From: Octopus sinensis
Lineage: Eukaryota
Length of the DNA: 64,000 nucleotides
Reading direction: 5' to 3'
NCBI RefSeq assembly: GCF_006345805.1
Contig: NC_043000.1
Span: forward strand, 100,006,001 to 100,070,000
This document shows positions 52,208-64,000 of the stretch, piece after piece. The notes beneath the pieces were generated by a model that was not told the DNA's origin, made no database searches, and saw nothing but the letters and a program-made list of their open reading frames with translations. Both the position numbers and the translations under genes were made by a program. Numbering within the stretch: the stretch's first letter is position 1; the number at the start of each line of letters is the position of its first letter.

Positions 52208-52431
52208 TACGAAGGGTTACTGAAAAGTTCCTAGTTTTAAGGGTGTCGTGAAAGGTCTGGCTGGAGACCAAAAATTCCAAGTTCTTTTACAGGGCTTAGT
52301 AACACTGAAGGACCGCTGCAAGAAATGTGTGAATCTGTGTGTGGAATATGTTGACTAAAATCATAATTAGTTGATCCTCCTGTATTTTCTTTTACTCATA
52401 GCCAGAAACTTGTTAACCCCCAGCCCTTGTA
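52208..52431 (+). mobile_element. Mariner-derived MITE
   Basis: TIR-like TACGAAGGGTTACTGAAAAGTTCC / ...CCCTTGTA; homologous to 61994-62217. Confidence 0.8.
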
Positions 52432-53087
52432 TGTATAATGTAATTTGTCTCTACAAAGAGATGTACGATTGCTGCTGTTAAGTTTAGAGCTTGACGTAGA
52501 TTTTCATCTTCCAATCTACTTCGAGTATATTTGCAAACATACGCAATCGAAAATACCTTAGAGGAATGTTTTGTATGCAAAAAACGCACCTATGTTATAT
52601 TCTTTCTAGTGGTATACATACAAAGTACAAGGTCGACTTTCCGAATACGGATGGTCTATAACCTCTTATAATCCACTCTAATTTACGAGCAGGGAACAAA
52701 CTTCGTCAGCTACCTGATTAGTTTACTGGTACCTTGTACAGTACAATGTCAGTAAACTTGTATCATTTCTACTAATAGACATGTACCTGTATTTCATTTA
52801 ATTAAGTAAATTTGATATTTGGTTAATTTAGAATGTGTTGACCAAGGTGACGACACCTCGTTCGTAAAAAAATCAGTAATCCGGAAAGGCTTTCGAATCA
52901 AAGGTTGTGGAAAATCGATCTGAAGTTTGAAATCTAGAACAAGCAAACAAGTCTGATAACACCAGTTATATCGGTTAATTCAAGCCTTTGGAAAGGATAT
53001 ACTATATAGTTAGGTGTGGTTCATGACTTTGAATTCAACAAGAGGATAAAACAGACACACTTCTATATCGTTAGAATTTTGTGTAGC

Positions 53088-53775
53088 ATACGAGGGAGTA
53101 TCCAAAAGGAACTGGAATTTTGCAATAGTATTTTAATCACTTAGTTTTACATGTTGACACTTTTATCGGATTCAATGTATTCTCCATTTGAAGCAATGCA
53201 TCGGTCCAGGCAATTCTGCGAAGCAGTTCTGAAACTCTTGCGAAGTGATGCCTTTTAACACCTCCGTCATTTTTTTTTTTCACTTTTTCCACAGCTGTAA
53301 ATTCCGTAGCACCAGCTTTCATCACCACCGATGACCTTCGAAAAAAGGTCCGGATCAACTTCTAACTGTTCTTTCAGTTCATGACATGCATTCACTCGTG
53401 ACTGCTTTTGATCTTCCGTGAGCAAGCGAAGTACAAATTACGCTGCAACTTTTTTTCATTCACAATTCCTTGCTCAAAATTTGTTGGCAGGAGCTCCAGG
53501 ATAGACCAGTCATATCAAGTTCGTCAATTATTCGGTGACGGTTCTCCATGATCAGTTCATAAATTTTTATGATGTTTTCGTTCGTTCGGAAGGTCGACGG
53601 TCGTCCTGAAGGAGGTTGGTCTTCAAGCAACAAGTGACCATTTCTAAAGCGTGGAAACCACTCGTAAACATGTATTTTGCTTATGGCAGCGTCTTTGTAA
53701 GTTTATTGATGCATGGCAACTGTTTCGGCCGTAGTTTTCCCCAGTAGAAAACATAATTTCACGGAAGCACTCTGA
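53088..53775 (-). mobile_element. Internally deleted mariner (irritans-like)
   Basis: TIR TACGAGGGAGTATCCAAAAG; SVKLCFLLGKTTAET...VYEWFPRFRNG...SGRPST; DRCIASNGEY. Confidence 0.85.
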
Positions 53776-53842
53776 TCCTAAAGAAGGAAGTACGCATTGG
53801 TAGATCAAAGGTAGAATTAACGGATCATGGAATTTCACATCC

Positions 53843-53924
53843 ACAAAGGCTTTAGTCTCGTGGACGTCTCGTCTGACTCTACAGCGAAGACTTAGACGAG
53901 ACGTCCATGAGGCTAAAGTTTTGT
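53843..53924 (+). other. ~33-bp stem hairpin, pre-miRNA-like
   Basis: ACAAAGGCTTTAGTCTCGTGGACGTCTCGTCTGA / TTAGACGAGACGTCCATGAGGCTAAAGTTTTGT, 15-nt loop. Confidence 0.6.
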
Positions 53925-54204
53925 CTAGCCAAATTTACTCTCAACTGTTATTATCTTGCACTCAGATCTCATAAAGATACCTGTCCGTGATGCTATACTG
54001 TGGAATAGAACCTGTAATCTAATGGTGCCTAGCGTATTCATTAACCATTCATCCATGTAGATATATAACAGCGCAAATAAATATGTTCAATGGCATGATG
54101 CAAATAGCAAGATCTATAGATAGATGTAATGTCAATAACTGAAAGATAAGCTGTTGCATTCGAAGTATATATAGCAATGCAAGAAAAGAAGGAAGGAAAG
54201 AAGG

Positions 54205-54478
<274 letters not shown>

Positions 54479-55719
54479 CATGGTGCCATTATGAATAATA
54501 GGATAGATAAACTATTGGTTTCTAATACACGAGCCCCGAGTTACTGTCTGCTTTAGAGTTTGTTGTTTGATGGTGGCTAGTGATAAGACAGAATGATTTT
54601 ATTCGTTGTGCGATAGTGATAAAGGACAAGGATTTTGATTTTAGATTTCTGTGAAAGCTGATAGACCAGTCTGTCGAGGATAAAATAAATGGTGCCGATC
54701 ATTGACATGCGGATGATGGCATATAGGATACATATTCATTTTTGTTTTATGATAAGGTTTTTAAAAATCTCCCGGGTCCAAAATGCGAAGTTAAGCTTAT
54801 ATGTTTTAATGTACTAAAATCTATTTTCCTGACTATACGCTGCTGAAATTGGTGTGTGTATTTTATGGCAGCAAATACAGTAACTGGCAGCCACTGCAGG
54901 GATTCGAACTGCAGATCTTTGCGTTAGTTTTCCTATACACTTTCTAACCTATCACATCTTCCACCTTCTTACTCTTAACATAAAAATATAAGGCGTCTAG
55001 TTTCTCGAGTTTTTTTTTAAATCTAGGATAAATGTTGCATCAGGATCTGATATTAAGCTGCAAATAATTGAACTTAGCTGTTGTTGCTGTTGAATCTCAA
55101 GTCAGCTCTGATCGAACAAACCTATGATCAAAAGCATTCCAGTCGTGACTATCCAGTCTTAATTTCTCATGGTATTTCAAAGACAGCATTATTTACTGTA
55201 TCCTATCTTGCTTAAGACGATGGAATGTGTTTTGAGGGAGATTTATCTACTATTCTTAGCAGGACGAGCGACCACTTAAATCACTTCTTTAACTCGTTCA
55301 TAGTAGCCCTTGGTAGTGGGATTGGTGTTGTTTAATCCTAGATCGAACTTCATTAATCGAACGGACATTTGTTCAAAGCCATTCCATGCTTAACGATACC
55401 ATTTTGTTTGGTGTATGTAGTACTGCATTATCTAATGTTTCTGGGCATTATTTAACAGGTCCAGCGACCACATCGAGGCTTTTCTATTAGACTTGCTGTT
55501 GTTGTTGTTGTTTACCCTTGCTCGACGAGGTCTCACGCGTGGCTAATCAACAACTGCTACAAATACACAAGTCACTAAGGTAGTCTCTACAAAGATACTC
55601 CAACTACTAGAAAATATAAGCTAATTAACCTCCTTCAAATTAAACTCAGTCTGTCTCTTTCTTTTTTTTTCTGTCTTCCTCTTTCTCCAATCACCTTTGC
55701 TCATTCTTTCATTTTTTCC

Positions 55720-56140
<421 letters not shown>

Positions 56141-57274
56141 GCAAGACTTTTCTGAAGTTCACCACGTAAGTAACTCTTTGCAATTGCTGTAGTCGAAATT
56201 CCAGCGATAGCGGTTGTGTCTTTGTTAGAAACCAAATCCTTCTGTATCTGAAGAGCTCATATGATTAAAAAAGACTACATACATAGATTCATGCCAAGCG
56301 CGCGCACACACACACACACACAAACGTTCGCGCAATGAATCAATAAATATATATTCTCTAGAAACCGCTGCAGAGAAATAAATCATAATGCAAATAGGGA
56401 GAAAGTTTCACCAGATGAAATAAGACTTTGAAAGTGATACGAAGGACTGGTATTTACTCAACACTTTGAAAGCAAGGAAGTCATGGTGAAATAGAAAAGA
56501 AAATTATATCTTTTGTTGTCAAAAGACAGGCCATAGCTTGTGTAAATAAAAAATATTAGTGAATGATGGAGAATCTGATAAATGACGTAGACGCAATGGC
56601 TTGAGTAGATTAAGTTATTATGCGTGAGTTTGTATCACGAAGTTATAGAAAATCGAAGTTAGTCACGATTTTGCAGTCTTCATAAGGTGTTGTGTTGTTG
56701 CCTTTTGGTGAAAAGCACTTAACATATTATTTGACTTATTTGTTTTATTGTATTTGTTGGAAAATATTTGCAGCTGCCCCGGAACGAAAACTTTAGAGAT
56801 TCAAAATATAACATGTTACACTGTAATGCTATACTGATATGCTGTGCTCTTACTATATCGAAACAGCTCAAGGTTTAGCTAGTTAGTATGCAGTTGTTTA
56901 GCCCCAGGTTAAACATAATGGATCAAGCCAATTGCGAAATACGTGTCAATTAATATTTCAGTGGTTAAATTGGTCCACGAATCCTTCCTGGTATAAGATG
57001 GCAGAGTGTGATCTCTCGTACACGTCAGCCGGTTGAACAGTAAAGGGCCTTTTCGTAACCAATTCTTAATCGTGTATGGCCCTTGAAAGGACCAGCTTGT
57101 AGTCGTTGTTAATTTAATATAAACTACTATATATTAGACTCTACACATAACACAAGGATTGAATTTAAATCGTAAACGCTTCTGCAGCATAAAAGTAAGT
57201 AAATGCATACATACACACATACATTCATGCATACATACGCAATACTAATATATGTATGTTTGTATATGTATTTA

Positions 57275-57488
57275 TATGTGTATAAAGTTAATCCAAACAT
57301 GAAAACACAAAGAGAAAACACAACAACGCGAGGACGTGGAACAAGTATAGTGTTATTGGACGCTCAGGAAAGGAAAGAAAGAAGGAGGATTTAACGTTTC
57401 GAGAGGAGCTCTTCGTCAGAAACATAGGAAAAGGAAGGGAAGACGGAGAAAAAAATCGTCAACGATACACACGCGGTCACATTTTGAA
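57275..57488 (-). mobile_element. Penelope-like terminal repeat with mini-hammerhead (57388-57423)
   Basis: Minus strand uuu-CUGACGA-A-GAG-cuccu-CUC-GAAA-C-GUU-aaa. Confidence 0.6.
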
Positions 57489-57846
57489 TATGTGTACACA
57501 CTCATACACACATACAGTACACATACACACACACACACCACACACACACACACACATATATATATATACATACACACACACACAGAGATTATATGGGCAA
57601 GATATCATTCTGTGACATATTGAGTGTATTTTACTATTCCCCGGGGTCTATCCAGGCTCTGTGTGGGAAATTGGGTAGATGGAAACTTTGTGGAAGCCCG
57701 TTGGCTGGATATTACATGCAATTTAAAGTCTTGCCAAACTGTTGTACTAATTCTGCCTCAGAATCACGCTTAGGTTGTACGTGTTCAAACAACCGAAAAC
57801 AACGTCGACACCGACGGAGATCCTATTACTATATATATATATATAT

Positions 57847-57897
<51 letters not shown>

Positions 57898-57951
57898 AGA
57901 GAGAGAGAGATAATAATAATAATAATAATAATAATAATGCGCGTACGCACA

Positions 57952-57989
<38 letters not shown>

Positions 57990-58156
57990 CGGTAGAAGAA
58001 TTTTGTGACTGTAACTTCTGATAAGAAATAAAAAAAAAAGGTTGTATACTCATGTATATATTATCCTATTTATTCCAGCAAACCTATAGGTGTGTCTGTG
58101 TGTATGTACATATATGTTTCTATGTGTTATATATATATATAAAGCGAATCCGTTGG

Positions 58157-58272
<116 letters not shown>

Positions 58273-59837
58273 ATTTGCCGTTACTTTTCTAACTATATCA
58301 CCATGTACCATTATATAAGTGGTACATTAAGTATCTCGGCCAATTCTCCAAGCTCTGCTTCGACTTCAACAACACCAAACTGATATATATTCAATCGCAT
58401 TCTTTGAATCACAATTATTTATGGGGAAGCTGATCGAATGTTTTCTCATTGAAGAATGAATTGATGTAGAGATGAGAAACCTCATCAGAGAAGTTTTTAT
58501 GGTAAAAAAAAAGGTTCGGCGGTCTATTGTCAAGCATTCATTCAGAGGTTTATTTATTTATTTTATCTTGCCCTAAACTACATAAAACCTGAGTCTCAAT
58601 GATATAGATTTCTGTATCTAGACACAAGACCCAATTTTAATAGGAACTAAACAAGTAGAGATAGTAGAACGGAAGATATTATTGATTTTATACATTGAGA
58701 AAGCCGCCACCGATTTTTGATGGAGATATATACTTGTTTTATTGATCCCCGGGGAAAAGGAAAAGCAAATTTAATTTTGAAAGGATCGAACTCCAAATGT
58801 TAAGGGAAATAAATATATATTTTCTGATGAATAATTATCTTTTTTTTTTTTGCCAGCGAATATTATTTTTGCTGTTCTTTAGTTCGAGGTCAGCCTTCGT
58901 TGAATAAACCTATAATATAAAGCGTTCCAGCTATGCCCATCAAGTCTATTTTCTAAAGCTTGTGTATCTAATCCTACATTATCTAAAGTAAATATCGTAT
59001 TCTCTCCGGAGCGCTAACGGCCCTGTCAATTCGCTAGCTTGTGCGAGCAGCTATTATCTAGTGCAGCTTTATGTGACCACTTGACATGCAAGAGAGTTTC
59101 GGGTCCAAGCTTTTGTTTGGATTGTTGCTGTTGCTTAGCTCTATGTCAAGCTGATCTTCTTGCTGTGCCTGCTCAGATCTTTAAAACATCCAAAGTCACC
59201 GAATGTCTATAAATGTATATAAAAAGCATGTAAACATTAGCAGTAATAAACTCGAGGAAACTGCTGATACTGGATTCCCTATCGCATAAAGGATTCTCTC
59301 TCCAACATCGTGTGAGTCACTGTGGTCAATAGATGGCTATTTTACCGAAACAGAACGTCTACTTTTTAATGGCTTCGTCTGTAATCCTAGGCTAGATGAC
59401 TCTCGGATGCTGATCCTTGTTGAAGATTAGCGACTTACTACGTGCACAAAGTATGACACATACATACACAGACACATAAACGTACTGTTGCCGACATAAT
59501 TGTCTAAGGAAGTGTCCTAGCATAACTAAAGACCCAAGACTCACACCAGTAAATGAATAACAAAAGGTTACGAAGGTTTTTAGATACAACATTGCCTCTA
59601 TATTTTGGTGGAATTCCAGTTCATTTTCGTTTAACTGTTCAATTTTCAGGAATACGTCAGAAAAATGTCACGAAATAAAATTAAATAAAAGCTATTTATA
59701 ATTACTGATAAGTTTAATATACACACATTTAGATGCATGTGTATGCATGTATACATAGATGTATACGTACATAAGTCTGTATATATGAATATATATATTT
59801 ATATATGTACATGTATAATGTATGCAGACATATACAT

Positions 59838-59949
<112 letters not shown>

Positions 59950-60026
59950 ATATACACACACACACACTTAGATAGATAGATAGATAGATAGATTGAGAGA
60001 TAGATAGATGCTTGCACGCGATTATA

Positions 60027-60445
60027 TATTAGGTTGGCAACTAAATACCTGCTGTTTTTTTTAATTAAAATTTTTTAAAAGGTTTAATAAAAAAAATATC
60101 AACTAATTAATCAATAATGTATTCACCCTTGCTATTTACAACTTCTTCCCAACGCTCAACCAAATTTTCAATACCTCGTTGGTAGAAATCACCCTATTTC
60201 TACTCGAAGAATTGATCCAACCAAGCTTTCAATTCTGCATCAGTATTGAACGAAACTCCGCGCATAGCATTTGAAAGAGATCGAAAAAGGTGGAAATCCG
60301 TTGGTGCCAAATCAGGAGAGTATGGCGGGTGAGGCAGCACTTCCCAGCCATGCTTTTGAATGGCTTCCTTGGTCATATTGGCGATATGAGGGCGGGCATT
60401 GTCGTGCAGCAGAAGAACTCTATGCTGATGATTAGGGATTGCATA
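60027..60445 (-). mobile_element. Mariner 3' fragment
   Basis: LLHDNARPH...WEVLPHPPYSPDLAPTDFHLF...ERWEEVVNSKGEYIID*; TIR TA-TTAGGTTGGCAACTAA. Confidence 0.9.
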
Positions 60446-60462
60446 GTTTCCGTGAAGTAAGT

Positions 60463-60957
60463 AATAATGATCAGGAGAACGGAGATTTTTTCCACATCTA
60501 TAATTTTATTAAACAGTTATTTACAGCATCCTTTCGTGGATCTACACGCGTTTCAACTGCGTCGACTGCTCACTGTTAAGTATGCAACCTTCTGGTGCCA
60601 TTTTCGGTACAGTTTCATCAAGGTCTATTATTTACTGCTATTCGAAGTTAAGCTGAAGGAACCGGCAAGCTGAGTGAATAAAATGTTTATTAGGAGGTGA
60701 TTGGTGTTACTAAAAGTAGTTGTATTAATGACTCATGAGTCACCTCTAGTAGGTAAAGTAAAATAGTCTTAAAAATAGGTCATGGTTAGATTAAGTTTGC
60801 GCAAATTGTTCAGTACTATCAAAACGGTAATCACTCTACTCAATTCAAGGAGAATATTCTTATTTTTAGAGGTATTCAGTCAATTTTGAAACGTGCATAG
60901 ATCCACGAAAGAAGAATTATAGATGTGTGGAAAAAATCTTGTTCTCTGGTCATTATT
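60463..60957. mobile_element. Third Penelope-like inverted-repeat element with hammerhead-like core on the - strand (60538-60625)
   Basis: 60463-60556 matches the reverse complement of 60886-60957; minus strand gacc-UUGAUGA-AACUG...CAGUU-GAAA-CGCG-UG. Confidence 0.6.
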
Positions 60958-61529
60958 AATATTATATATAGGTAATGAAAAATTATAGTGGTGAACTCTT
61001 TTCAAGGAACAACAGCATAGGGCTCAATTTATTAAGCGATTAGATTAAAGCACTAATTTGAAAGAGCTAAGTTCCAAGGTCAATAATACTCCTCATCAAA
61101 GTCGACACATATCTAAACACAGAGGGCATATATAAGCCATTATAAGCATGCGAACATAACATACAAAAACATATATAGTGGGGGAAATAAATATACTTTT
61201 TTCACCCCTAAATATTTACAATTGAATATAAATTCCTTAGTTACTATAATTTATTAGTTTCTTTTGCATATTCTTAGTTTATGCATGTGTATGCAAATAT
61301 AGTATTGGTATATCCCATTTATGTTCATTAGAGATTAAATAAATAAAGAATTTTGACATGTACGAAAAGATTAACCCCCCCCCCCTTGTATATACATGTA
61401 ATAGTGTAATCAAAGTCGGACAAGTAATTGCATAAATACATACAGATCAATCAGGAAATCCAAGCTGATGAGATAACAGTTCACAATAATCCAAAAGAGA
61501 AGTCCTCAAATGAATCCAATAAATAGAAA

Positions 61530-61623
61530 GAATTTTACTGCCGTTTCCGGGAATGTGTGAAGAAGTGTGTAGGTAAAACCTTTTGAATTTCAGTAATCCA
61601 CATTTAATCTCATCAGAGAATTC
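61530..61623 (-). ncRNA. Degenerate long-stem-II hammerhead-like motif
   Basis: gaauucu-CUGAUGA-...AAUGUG...CACAUU...-GAAA-CGGCA-GUA-aaauuc. Confidence 0.45.
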
Positions 61624-61661
61624 GTGGGATTGTAAAATTATGTTTAAGAATCTACAGTAAT

Positions 61662-61704
<43 letters not shown>

Positions 61705-61708
61705 TGTA

Positions 61709-61747
<39 letters not shown>

Positions 61748-61993
61748 AGAGAGATGCAGTGAACAGAAGATGCCTAGCGATGCTCAATATAGAAAACACG
61801 TAGTAGTGCTCAAAGGATTTAAACTTACAGCCTGAAGTCTTTATCGAGGATTAAGTTCGCGGAGTAAAGAATGACTGTAAGAAAACCCAAGGTGAACTGA
61901 TATGAAGATAGTGATTGGGTTGTTCAGGTTTTACTTCTCCCTCTCTCTCTATCCCGCTCTCTCGCTATATGTATATAGATGTGAGTGTATATA

Positions 61994-62217
61994 CACGAGG
62001 GGGGGGGTCTGGAAAGTTCCTGGCTTTAAGGGTGTCGCGAAAGGTGTGGGTTGGAGGCCCAACCTTCCGAGTTCTTTTACAGGACTTAGAAAAACTGAAG
62101 GACCGCTGCAATAAATGCGTTAATCTGAGACGGGATATGTTGAATAAAATCATAATTAACTTATCCTCCTGTATTTTCTTTTACCCAAAGCCAAGAACAT
62201 TTCAGCACTCCCTTGTA
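61994..62217 (+). mobile_element. Mariner-derived MITE (second copy)
   Basis: Retains LEKLKDRCNKCVNL transposase-tail codons between the TIRs. Confidence 0.8.
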
Positions 62218-62284
62218 TGCATGCATGTATGTATGTATGTATGTATGTATTATGTATGTATGTATGTATTATGTATGTATGTAT

Positions 62285-62510
62285 GTATACCGCACGTCGA
62301 CTGTTGGCGATTTTTCCTTATTTTTCCTTCTTTTTCTTTGGACTTTCCTGCTTCGGACGAAGAGCTATGCTTGAAACGTTAACAACAATCCTTTCCCTTC
62401 ATCGAGAGTCTAATTACTATATTTCTTGTGCACGCCCTCACGTTCGTTTTTCTTTCTTTTCTTTTTAAAGTTTTTTTTATTTGTCTGTTTATTTGAATTA
62501 ACTATATATA
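62285..62510 (+). mobile_element. Penelope-like terminal repeat relic with mini-hammerhead (62354-62380)
   Basis: CGGACGA-A-GAGC-uau-GCUU-GAAA-C-GUU; same layout as the 57275 copy. Confidence 0.5.
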
Positions 62511-62511
62511 C

Positions 62512-62927
62512 TCCTTTAGTCTTTTTACTCTTTTACTTGTTTCAGTCATTTGACTGTGGCCATGCTGAAGCACCGCCTTTAGTCGATCGAGAAAATCGAC
62601 CTCAAGATTTATTCTTTGTAAGCCTAGTACTTATTCTATCGGTCTCTTTTGCCGAACTGCTAAGTTACGGGGACATAAACACACCAGCATCGGTTGTCAA
62701 GCGATGTTGGGGGGACAAACACAGACACACAAACATATACACACACATACATACATATATATACATATAAACGACGGGCTTCTTTCAGTTTCCGTCTACC
62801 ATATCCACTCACAAGGCTTTGGTCGGACCGAGGCTATAGTGAAAGACACTTGCCCAAGATGCCACGCAGTGGGACTGAACCCGGAACCATGTAGTTTGTA
62901 AGCAAGCTAATTACCACACAGCCACAT
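62512..62927 (-). mobile_element. SINE family A, near full length
   Basis: Full body and head reverse complement. Confidence 0.9.
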
Positions 62928-63259
62928 AATATTGTAAACCAATGGTAAAAGAATATTATAACTAAAACCGTAAGTCCGAAAATAAACCAAAAATAATTCT
63001 ACCACTTCCACAAAATTAACGACTTCCTTCCTCTCGGAGTACGTGTGTTTGAAAAGGTTTAACTAAAGCGTTCACACACTAGATAAAAAAGCTTCTTCCC
63101 CTAAAAAAGGTTAGTAACATCCTCATAAAAGATTTTATATTTAAAAAAAATAATTAAAAAAAAGATCACATTTACACTTCAAAAACTGCATTAAGTAATC
63201 CTCATATTAAGTAATCCTCACTTTCAAATATATGTGTGAGTGTGTGTGTGTGTATGTGT

Positions 63260-63295
<36 letters not shown>

Positions 63296-63559
63296 CAAAA
63301 ATACATTCATACATTCACATAGAAGACGGTAAATAACTGAAAACCTATGTAAAATAAAAAGAATGCTAACCTTCCTATCGATATCGATCCCTCAGCAATT
63401 GATCTCACTTAAGTTAAGTAGACTTCTTGAATTCCCATTGCCATTGTCTCTAGACAGGTCTACCGTTGGAGTCACCACAAGTGATTGTGTCGCCATTATA
63501 AGTAGTATCCTTTAACCTTCAAAACAACCTCTCGAAAATCTGCTCTCACCTCTTTCAAG

Positions 63560-63995
63560 TATTTCTTTCTTTTCTTATCCTCATTTTCCTTCGTTTAGTC
63601 ATTTCTTTTCTTCCTTCTACTTTTTATTCCCTTTTGTTTTCTTTTTTCTCCTCGAACGTTCTTCCCTTCTCTTCATTCTTTTTTTTTTTATCCACTATTC
63701 TTCGTTCGTTCTTCCGTTCTTCCCTTCCTTCGTTCCTTATTTTCTTCTTTTCTTCTTCCCTTCCTTCTTCCCTTATTTCCTCCTTTCCTTTCACCTTCCT
63801 TCCTTCCTTCCTTCCTTCCTTCCTACCCCTATTTCATTCCTTATTTCCTCCCTTTCGTCCTTCTCTTATTTCCTTCCCTCCATCTCTTATTTTATTGCTT
63901 CATTATATCTTCCTTCATCTCTTTCTTACTTTTAATATTTTCTTTCTTCCTTTCTTTTCTCGTCTCCATACTTTCTTTTCTTCCCTTTCCTTTTT
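63560..63995. repeat. Polypyrimidine/polypurine tract (TTCC/CTT-rich)
   Basis: About 430 bp, mostly C/T on the + strand. Confidence 0.9.
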
Positions 63996-64000
63996 ACACC

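Noticed and set aside
59650-59692. Strong plus-strand acceptor followed by EYVRKMSRNKIK* and AATAAA
   Set aside because: Could be a terminal exon but too short and unsupported to link to the 43525 exon

Overview
Gene-poor, AT-rich eukaryotic DNA dense in microsatellites and transposon debris. The SINE repertoire and simple-repeat load look like an octopus (coleoid cephalopod) genome; this is inferred from pattern recall, not from a database search. No complete protein-coding gene is visible, and nearly all ORF-track entries are microsatellite translations. Supported content: many tRNA-derived SINEs (families called A, B and C here, plus an old dispersed repeat D), several distinct mariner relics and MITEs, hAT non-autonomous elements (one with a perfect 8-bp TSD), a complete non-autonomous Helitron, and fragments of R4/Dong-type, L1/Tx1-type and RTE-type LINEs. 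The most striking unannotated signal is a set of self-cleaving-ribozyme motifs. About eight hammerhead-like cores (CUGANGA...GAAA...NUH) sit in Penelope-like terminal repeats, and three unrelated repeats of this kind are arranged as head-to-head inverted repeats. The best case is a ~435-bp near-perfect palindrome at 50.46-50.89 kb carrying two outward-facing type I hammerheads, with a degenerate HDV-like fold ~100 bp away. Also found: candidate divergent first exons at 41.5 kb (-) and 43.5 kb (+, signal-peptide-like), a candidate small-peptide transcript at 18.6-19.5 kb (-), a pre-miRNA-like hairpin at 53.84-53.92 kb, and a fold-back palindrome at 48.0-48.4 kb. Boundaries of old repeats are approximate.
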